Part shown: piece by piece, positions 57,493-64,000 of the stretch
Layout: each line of letters opens with the position of its first letter
Numbering within the stretch: the first letter of the stretch is position 1
Virus record (IMG/VR): IMGVR_UViG_3300011102_000438
Direction: 5' to 3' (one strand)
Origin: a virus
DNA length: 64,000 nt
Made by a program: the position numbers and the translations under genes
Notes under the pieces: generated by a model
Database searches by the model: none
What the model saw: only the letters and a program-made list of their open reading frames with translations
Told to the model about the DNA's origin: nothing

Positions 57493-59348
57493 TTTGCACG
57501 ATTTTCAAAAACATCTGGTCGAAGGAGCCGCACTACATCCCGATAACCGATGCGTTAAAACGAATTGCGGCGGGCAGGAGCAGGCACAAGGTCGAGGAGA
57601 TACGCCAAACCCTTGACAAGGAAAAAGCCTCCCAATTGAAAGCAAATCTGCCCTCAGTGTGCTTCAGCGGGAAATTTGGGCCAGACAGGACGGATGCCCA
57701 ATTGTTGGAGCACAGTGGTTTCATTGTGCTGGACTTTGACAGGGTTGCAGACCTGAGAGAAAGGCAAACCGAATTGATCAGCCGGGATTTTGTCTACGCT
57801 TGTTGGGTAAGTCCCTCAGGAAACGGACTGAAAGCCCTGATTCGGATCGCAAATGGCTCCATGCACCGGGAACATTTTGCGGCATTGCAAGAGGTTTTTC
57901 CGGATGTTGATAAGAGCGGCGCCAATCCATCCCGTGTATGCTATGAAAGCTATGATCCGGAAATCTACATCAACGAAAACGCGACTGTTTTTGCCAAGGT
58001 CAAAACCGTTGAGCAGATAACGGTCACTGAAAGGACGGCCGACGAAGAAAAGATTTTTGCGAATTTATTGACATGGCTATCCAATAAAAACGAAGCCTTT
58101 GTAACAGGGGAGCGCAACAATTTTATTTTTAAACTGGCCGCAGCCTGTTGCAGGTTCGGGATTAGTGAAGATTCGACAATCAGTTTGATTGCACGGAATT
58201 TTTTAACCGGCAGTGATTTTAGCCGCAAAGAAGCTGAACGGACGGTAAAATCTGCTTATCGGAAAAACAAATCCAAATTCGGGGATGCTTGTTTTGAAAA
58301 GGAAATGTTGGTAGAGAAGGTAAGCCGAAAGGAAGTTAAAATTGATCCGGTGAATTTTGAAGATGGCGAAAGGGCTAAGGATGTGATTTACGGGATAGAT
58401 GTAAAGCAGGATGCTTTCAAAATTTACGATGAAGGCTATGAGCAGGTTTTGGGTTTAGGTATTCCTGATTTGGATTATCATTTCAAAATGCGCAAGGGAG
58501 ATATAACACTGTTATCAGGTTATGGCAATCACGGAAAAAGTACGTTTAAAAAATGGATGAAGATAATGCGCATGGTTTTGTATGGGGAGAAGTTCGCAAC
58601 TTTTTCACCAGAAGATAATCCAGCAGGCGATTATTACCACGAAATGACGGAAATATTATTGGGTTGTGATTGTTCAAAACACAATCCCAACAGGCCGCCA
58701 AGAGACATATACGAGGCTGCGTATGATTTTATTTCTGCCCATGAGTTTTATATCTATCCGAAAGACTTCGCACCAACACCAGAATACATCAAAGAACGAT
58801 TTTTAGAGTTGATTATAAAAGAAAAGATAGACGGCATTGACATTGACCCTTTCAATCAATTATCACACGATTACAGCAGGATGCGCACGGATCAGTACTT
58901 AGAAACTTTTTTGGGTGATCTGGCACGATTTGTCCAGGTAAACAATGTGTACGGAATATTAGTAGCGCACCCTAATAAAGGGCACAAGGATGCAACGGGG
59001 AATTACCCATGCCCGGATGTTTTTGATTTAGCTGGCGGCGCAATGTGGAATAACAAGATGGATAACATTATCATTTATCACCGTCCCTTTTTTCAGACAG
59101 ACCCGAATAACCCCATCTGCGAGTTTCATAGTAAGAAGATAAGGCGGCAAAAATCAGTAGGTAAGAGGGGATTTTTTTTGTTTGAGATGATATTTAAAAA
59201 CCGTCGGTTTTACTTCAATGGGTCGGATCCCTTAGAAAAGGCTTTAAATGAAAAAGGCTTTTCATTTCGTCCGCAGCAACAAAAGATAGAATTTGACCGG
59301 ACAAGATGGACGCCGTATGTTGACGATAAAGATGAAAACCCGTTTTAA
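57489..59348 (+). CDS. Primase-helicase (BT4734/VirE-N-like primase, PriCT, DnaB/Twinkle-like helicase)
   Basis: LPSVCFSG, VLDFD, SPSGNGLK; GERNNFIF; Walker A SGYGNHGKS; IDPFNQL, VAHP. Confidence 0.85.
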   Translation: MICTIFKNIWSKEPHYIPITDALKRIAAGRSRHKVEEIRQTLDKEKASQLKANLPSVCFSGKFGPDRTDAQLLEHSGFIVLDFDRVADLRERQTELISRDFVYACWVSPSGNGLKALIRIANGSMHREHFAALQEVFPDVDKSGANPSRVCYESYDPEIYINENATVFAKVKTVEQITVTERTADEEKIFANLLTWLSNKNEAFVTGERNNFIFKLAAACCRFGISEDSTISLIARNFLTGSDFSRKEAERTVKSAYRKNKSKFGDACFEKEMLVEKVSRKEVKIDPVNFEDGERAKDVIYGIDVKQDAFKIYDEGYEQVLGLGIPDLDYHFKMRKGDITLLSGYGNHGKSTFKKWMKIMRMVLYGEKFATFSPEDNPAGDYYHEMTEILLGCDCSKHNPNRPPRDIYEAAYDFISAHEFYIYPKDFAPTPEYIKERFLELIIKEKIDGIDIDPFNQLSHDYSRMRTDQYLETFLGDLARFVQVNNVYGILVAHPNKGHKDATGNYPCPDVFDLAGGAMWNNKMDNIIIYHRPFFQTDPNNPICEFHSKKIRRQKSVGKRGFFLFEMIFKNRRFYFNGSDPLEKALNEKGFSFRPQQQKIEFDRTRWTPYVDDKDENPF

Positions 59349-59356
59349 AAAAGAAT

Positions 59357-59785
59357 ATGAAAAATTCAAAACAATATCAGTACATAATTGGAATAGACCC
59401 CGGAGTGAATACGGGTTGCGCTGTTTGGGATAGGGAAATGAAAACTTTTGAATTGTTGGGAAGCAATTCAATAGTTATGGTACAGAAATTACTGCTTCGC
59501 TTTTTGACGAAGGGAACAAGTTTCTACGTCCGTCTTGAAGATGCCAGAAAAAGAAAATGGTTTGGTAAATCAGGACGTGAACAATTACAAGGAGCGGGAA
59601 GTATAAAACGTGATTGCCAGATATGGGAAGAGTTTTTTGAACACTACAATATAGCCTATGAATTAGTAGCACCAAAAAATAACAAAACAAAACTGGACGC
59701 AAAGTCATTCGCCAAATATACCGGTTACAAGCTGAGGACAAATGAGCATGCGCGCGATGCGGCGATGCTGGTTTATGGATTGTAA
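59357..59785 (+). CDS. RuvC-like Holliday junction resolvase
   Basis: IIGIDPG, RLED, HARDA. Confidence 0.75.
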   Translation: MKNSKQYQYIIGIDPGVNTGCAVWDREMKTFELLGSNSIVMVQKLLLRFLTKGTSFYVRLEDARKRKWFGKSGREQLQGAGSIKRDCQIWEEFFEHYNIAYELVAPKNNKTKLDAKSFAKYTGYKLRTNEHARDAAMLVYGL

Positions 59786-59796
59786 AACTTATCAAT

Positions 59797-59962
59797 ATGA
59801 CCATTCCCACCCCCTCCGAACTTGAAACCTTTGCTTTCAATTTGATCAAAGACCAGGATCAGGCAAAAGCGATAGTGGAAAAAGTGTTTGGCTTATTGAA
59901 AAAGAAGGAGGCGATAAAAACAGATGCCGACAAAAGAGCATTCTTATACATTACTGTGAGGA
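59797..59962 (+). CDS. Short ORF resembling ECF sigma-70 region 2, 3' end cut by an IS insertion
   Basis: FAFNLIKDQDQAKAIVEKVF...AFLYITVR. Confidence 0.45.
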
Positions 59963-61211
59963 GTAAACTACCCACCCACGGCAGAGCCGATGGAATGGGC
60001 TTTAAGAATTAATACGAATGCAGAGAGCAAAACATATTATTCTTTTCGGGCGTATTTACAGCAACACCCCATGCAGCAATGTTGTGGGCAGCATTCACAT
60101 CTGCATCAGCAACATAGCCGCAATTTGTACAGGCAAACTTCTTGCCTTTTCTAAAAGAGTTTTCTTTCGTTCCGATATGTCGGCACACACTACAAGTTTG
60201 ACTTGTGAAAGCTGGCGGAATGACAACCAATTTGACACCATTAAGCAAAGCCTTGTATGTCAGAAATTGACGAAGTTGGTAAAAACTCCAACGGTTCAAT
60301 TCTGTCTTTTGTGCCTTACTCTTTGGCTTTGCAGTAAATCTAATTTTACTCAAATCTTCAATAGCAATACCTTTGTTTTCCTCTTTGGCTTTAGTTACTA
60401 TTTGTTTGCTTATTGTGTGGTTATTAATCGAAACGAACCTACGCTCTCTACCACTAAGCCGTTTCAGGAGTTTTTTAGCTCCTTTCGTGCCTTTGCTTTG
60501 AACGCTTGCTCTTACTTTAGAATATTTTTTACGAACCCTTTTAAGTTGTTCAGAATTATACTTAGTGCCATCAGAAAGAACGGCAATGTCTGTCAAGCCA
60601 AAGTCAACACCCAAGAACGTTTCAACATCTTTCACGTTATCCTCCACTATATCAACCGTTTGAAACAGGTAAAACTTTCCTTTGCGGTAAAGCAAATCCG
60701 CTTCTCCTTTAATGTAAGGAAGGTAATTGGGATTGTGGCAAACGAAAGGCATTTTCAATCTGCCACCGACCGACCAGATAGAAACCGTATGACCTTTATA
60801 AGAAAGAATACGACTGTCATAGGTAATACTGCCAAGTGGTTTAAAAGTGCGTTTAACTTTTCTATCCAATTTGTAAGCACCAGCGACCTTAGAAATACAT
60901 CGTACCAACACTTGTGCGGAAAGATTAGAAGAACCTTTCAGGGTGTGATAGACTTCGTTGTGAATTTTAAATTGGTTAAACACCTTCTTTTCCCACGCTA
61001 TTTCAGAAATGGTATTACAAACTGCATTCGCTTCTTTAATAGTTTGAAGAAGCAAATCAGCCTGTTCTTTGGAAGGCAAAAGTTTAATCTTCAACGTAAG
61101 TTTCACAACACAAATTTACTTCAAATATTTGAGATAACCAAAAGCGAACAGCAGGTCGCATTCCTCCAACCCACAGCTAACGCTGATGGGATGGTTTCCT
61201 GCTCCAATTTT
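59963..61211 (-). mobile_element. IS200/IS605-family (IS1341-like, tnpB only) element
   Basis: Subterminal hairpins near 59970-60000 and 61170-61192; minus-strand right end ...GTAGTTTAC; candidate TTCAT left of the left end; boundaries approximate. Confidence 0.7.
60009..61106 (-). CDS. tnpB: RNA-guided endonuclease TnpB
   Basis: GVDFG, AIEDL, CSVC...CTNC, ADVNAAHNI. Confidence 0.92.
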   Translation of the reverse strand: MKLTLKIKLLPSKEQADLLLQTIKEANAVCNTISEIAWEKKVFNQFKIHNEVYHTLKGSSNLSAQVLVRCISKVAGAYKLDRKVKRTFKPLGSITYDSRILSYKGHTVSIWSVGGRLKMPFVCHNPNYLPYIKGEADLLYRKGKFYLFQTVDIVEDNVKDVETFLGVDFGLTDIAVLSDGTKYNSEQLKRVRKKYSKVRASVQSKGTKGAKKLLKRLSGRERRFVSINNHTISKQIVTKAKEENKGIAIEDLSKIRFTAKPKSKAQKTELNRWSFYQLRQFLTYKALLNGVKLVVIPPAFTSQTCSVCRHIGTKENSFRKGKKFACTNCGYVADADVNAAHNIAAWGVAVNTPEKNNMFCSLHSY

Positions 61212-61427
61212 ATGAATAACGTTGAAATACATATTAACGGTGTGCGCCGTTGGTGCTGGCCGTTATCTGAAATCCTACCGGAAGGCGATATAATGCAGCG
61301 CACCATTGCCGGAGAAGCGTTGATAAACAAAGTGAGGAAACAATTGCGTGAAACGGTGTTGCGGATGGAGCCGGACTACTACGAAATTTTTTTAGTGTAT
61401 CAATCGAAAATGAACGGTATCCAATGA
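61212..61427 (+). CDS. Hypothetical protein
   Basis: MNNVEIHINGV...; ATG just outside the IS left end. Confidence 0.5.
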   Translation: MNNVEIHINGVRRWCWPLSEILPEGDIMQRTIAGEALINKVRKQLRETVLRMEPDYYEIFLVYQSKMNGIQ

Positions 61428-61464
61428 GGCAAAGCCAATTAGTAAGCGGGAAAACTAAACGAGC

Positions 61465-61659
61465 ATGATGCTAACCATAATCCTCATCATCTATGCCTTT
61501 ATAGCGGGCGCGTATTACGAAGGCATGAAAGATTCGACTGATGAATGGAGTGACCGCGTGCTTTCGGTTATCGTCGTTGTATTCTGGTTGCCCTGCCTGC
61601 TTATGATTTATATTGAACGATTGCATGAAACTATTTCAAAAAAAGTGAACAAACAATAA
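61465..61659 (+). CDS. Small two-TM membrane protein
   Basis: Two hydrophobic segments, FWLP motif. Confidence 0.6.
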   Translation: MMLTIILIIYAFIAGAYYEGMKDSTDEWSDRVLSVIVVVFWLPCLLMIYIERLHETISKKVNKQ

Positions 61660-62237
61660 TGAAAGTAATAACCTTCAGCCGATACTTCCCCAAGGGCCAC
61701 CCGAGAGAGGGGCAGCAGACGGGCTTTGTAGAAAAGATTTGGAGATATTTTTTAGATGCAAACGCACCCATGTTTCCTTATTGGATGGATAGGCACCCAT
61801 TAAATATAGACATAAGAAGTTGTTATGATTGTAATGCTAAACATCACACCATCCGAGCTGGTACCCGCTGGAAAGAAGGCGAACACTTTAAACCTAAGGT
61901 GTGGAGCGGAAGGCCATACCACAGCAAGCAGATTGCATTTGCGCCGCCAATCAAAATTGAAAAGGTGTGGAACTTTTCCTTATATCCCGGAGAAAAAGAA
62001 TTGATGTTTTCAATCAATAACAATTCATGGGCTGTGGATTGGCGGGAGGGTATTCATTGGAACTATAGAATCGGCGAAATAGCACGGAACGACGGGTTGG
62101 ATGTTGATGATTTCATGCACTGGTTTATTCCATCCGTAAAGAAGGATGGAAAGTTTTTCGGTCAGATTATCTGCTGGAATCCGAACATCGACTACAGCAA
62201 CATATTATCCACCACCGGCAAGCCGGAAAAATTATAA
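61659..62237 (+). CDS. ASCH/PUA-like hypothetical protein
   Basis: KHHTIR...W...; IARNDGLDVDDFMHWF...GQIICW. Confidence 0.6.
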   Translation: MKVITFSRYFPKGHPREGQQTGFVEKIWRYFLDANAPMFPYWMDRHPLNIDIRSCYDCNAKHHTIRAGTRWKEGEHFKPKVWSGRPYHSKQIAFAPPIKIEKVWNFSLYPGEKELMFSINNNSWAVDWREGIHWNYRIGEIARNDGLDVDDFMHWFIPSVKKDGKFFGQIICWNPNIDYSNILSTTGKPEKL

Positions 62238-62242
62238 ACACT

Positions 62243-62647
62243 ATGACCAAAAACGAAGCACTACAACGCAAAGAAGTATTAGAAAAAGAATTACAGGTAT
62301 TAAATACAATCATTTCCCAACCAGAAAAAACAAAAGAGCAACGATTCTTTGAACTGTTCAATGGGCTGCAATTAAAGTTTGATTTTGAAAAATACCGCGA
62401 CAGGTTATTTTTCTTTCGGGGGGATGAGGTCTGGCTGGAATACGATTTAAAAGACAAATACCTGTGGGTGTCGCATGAAAAATGGGAGGTTTTTGAGGAT
62501 GAGTATAGCATGGATTACGATGAAACCCAAACATTCATAAAAAATATGGTGGAGCGGTATTTCAATTTGAAGGGTGTTACACCGTTAATACCGTTGTTAT
62601 ACTATCAGAATTTGGTGGAGCAGCATTTCAATTTGAAGGCACCATAA
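62243..62647 (+). CDS. Hypothetical protein whose C-terminus is encoded by a CRISPR-like mini-array
   Basis: 134 aa; ends MVERYFNLKGVTP-LIPLLYYQNL-VEQHFNLKAP. Confidence 0.7.
   Translation: MTKNEALQRKEVLEKELQVLNTIISQPEKTKEQRFFELFNGLQLKFDFEKYRDRLFFFRGDEVWLEYDLKDKYLWVSHEKWEVFEDEYSMDYDETQTFIKNMVERYFNLKGVTPLIPLLYYQNLVEQHFNLKAP
62548..62643 (+). CRISPR. CRISPR-like mini-array (36-nt repeat, 30-nt spacer, repeat lacking 6 nt)
   Basis: GGTGGAGCGGTATTTCAATTTGAAGGGTGTTACACC / GTTAATACCGTTGTTATACTATCAGAATTT / GGTGGAGCAGCATTTCAATTTGAAGG------CACC. Confidence 0.65.
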
Positions 62648-62757
62648 GCAACACAAAAAGAAATTGAAAACTTATAACATGCGCAAATAGTCAACCACCG
62701 GCAAGCCGGAGAGTACGCACATAATTTTTTAACTGAACTGAAAGAAGCATTATCGCA

Positions 62758-62973
62758 ATGACCTACACATTTTCCAACCTTCCACAGCCAATGACCTACA
62801 CATTACACATCCTGTATATTAAACTATGGGAATGGGAAGGAATTAAAGAACAGGCAGAAGTTAGTATAGTGAAAAACGGGCCGAACGAACATGATTATTT
62901 AGTAGTCGAAACAGCCACAGAGCGCATAAAAGAATTGACAGAAGCAATTGAAAAATTAAAACAAAACCCATGA
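62758..62973 (+). CDS. Hypothetical protein
   Basis: 71 aa; duplicated start region CAATGACCTACACATT. Confidence 0.5.
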   Translation: MTYTFSNLPQPMTYTLHILYIKLWEWEGIKEQAEVSIVKNGPNEHDYLVVETATERIKELTEAIEKLKQNP

Positions 62974-63115
62974 CCCCCTCACTCAATGGAATTGAAAAAG
63001 ATTTACGGGCATTGAAGCAGGAGAACGAAAGACTGAACACACTCATAGCCCACTATAAAAATCCCCGACCAATCGGCCGGGGCTTCCCGCGATTGCCTCA
63101 ATGGAGGCAACGAGT

Positions 63116-63517
63116 TTACCACCTCGCCTTATATCCCCTCACATCATAATGGACGAAGCCGGGATAAATTCCCAACCCTCCCTGTTTCATTTTCTTTTCA
63201 GCGATCAACTTTTCAATGATCGCTGCTAATTGCTTCGGCGTTTTGCTCTTACACGTTATATCCGCTGCCATTGCTTTAAGATGATAGCTATTCTTTTTGC
63301 CGCCTACTTTCTTATTATAATCAGGTGACCGGTAGCCGCTATTGACGTGTATCGGCTCACCGATATGGTCGCGTAGCACCTGCAGGTTCTTTGCCAGTAC
63401 CCGCACATTATCCATAAAGTCGGCGGGCACTGGTGTGCCGTCCTTGCAAACAAATTCGCTCAAACTGAAATTCGTGGCCAGTTGTACATCGGCCATTGTT
63501 GCTTTTGCTTTGCTCAT
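63116..63517 (-). CDS. Endolysin, peptidase M15A (D-Ala-D-Ala carboxypeptidase family)
   Basis: NFSLSEF, NSGYRS, SYHLKAMAAD, FVHYDVRG. Confidence 0.88.
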   Translation of the reverse strand: MSKAKATMADVQLATNFSLSEFVCKDGTPVPADFMDNVRVLAKNLQVLRDHIGEPIHVNSGYRSPDYNKKVGGKKNSYHLKAMAADITCKSKTPKQLAAIIEKLIAEKKMKQGGLGIYPGFVHYDVRGYKARW

Positions 63518-63885
63518 AGAAATGCTTTAAGTAGTGATGTAATGATCCATCCGCCTGTATACCACGCCATCCGTTTGTACCAGTTCCTGCCGAACACCTT
63601 CAGTTCGATCTTATCAATGATTGACGTAGTACTGCTGCTTATGTAGTTGATCGGAAAGCCGCGAAAAAGATTCAGCGCCGGGCTGAAGATCACGGCGCGG
63701 TTGAGTATCATGATCGGCAGGTACCACCAGGTGAACAGCAGGCAGAATACACCTACCACTCCGAGATACAGCGCTGCCCACAGACCATGCCGAATGCGTT
63801 TATTCGCCTTGAACAGCTGGGCATGGTAGTAAGCCATCCACAAATTGAAGGTGGCAAAGATCAGGTTATTGATAAGGTCGGTCAT
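63514..63885 (-). CDS. Membrane protein (holin candidate)
   Basis: Several hydrophobic helices; coupled to the endolysin. Confidence 0.5.
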   Translation of the reverse strand: MTDLINNLIFATFNLWMAYYHAQLFKANKRIRHGLWAALYLGVVGVFCLLFTWWYLPIMILNRAVIFSPALNLFRGFPINYISSSTTSIIDKIELKVFGRNWYKRMAWYTGGWIITSLLKAFL

Positions 63886-64000
63886 CGCTTCCTAATTTCA
63901 ATATTATCAGATTTATCAGCCCGATATTGACTGCTCCACGCGCCTATCCATATACATAATGCTGAAGCAGTCAGCAACACAAACCAACGCAGTTTGTCTT

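Noticed and set aside
60018..61427. 469-aa plus-strand ORF
   Set aside because: Mostly antisense to tnpB; only the part from ATG 61212 looks like a real gene
59797..61427. Full-length ECF sigma factor split by the IS
   Set aside because: The most plausible IS boundaries give a stop right after TVRNE, and the downstream ORF lacks a convincing region 4 HTH

Overview
The window is most of a Bacteroidota (probably Chitinophagaceae/Flavobacteriia-type) phage genome in its excised, attP-containing form. The left part (1-25.4 kb, minus strand) is a crAss-like podoviral virion module: major capsid, portal, terminase, ejection proteins, tail stabilisation and ring proteins. It is followed by a GroES plus glycosyltransferase/methyltransferase operon (25.5-31 kb) and an accessory region (33-43 kb). 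A lambda-like lysogeny module follows (attP with a tRNA-Pro-like core, tyrosine integrase, CI/Cro), then replication/recombination genes (46-62 kb) and an M15 endolysin. Four unusual RNA-based features stand out. (1) Five type I hammerhead ribozymes sit exactly at gene junctions of an early operon (33.8-35.9 kb), with a stand-alone dsRNA-binding-domain gene and a candidate antisense sRNA against the shared gene leaders. (2) A nuclease-dead Cas12f/TnpB-like gene is followed by a fused scaffold and a 13-repeat CRISPR array, with no cas1/cas2 in the window. (3) A second, related repeat-spacer-repeat mini-array is embedded in the 3' end of a small gene at 62.5 kb. (4) A spacer of the main array matches that mini-array, and the genome carries a 6-nt deletion in the match. 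Two IS200/IS605 TnpB elements are also present. All calls come from reading motifs by eye; no database searches were run.
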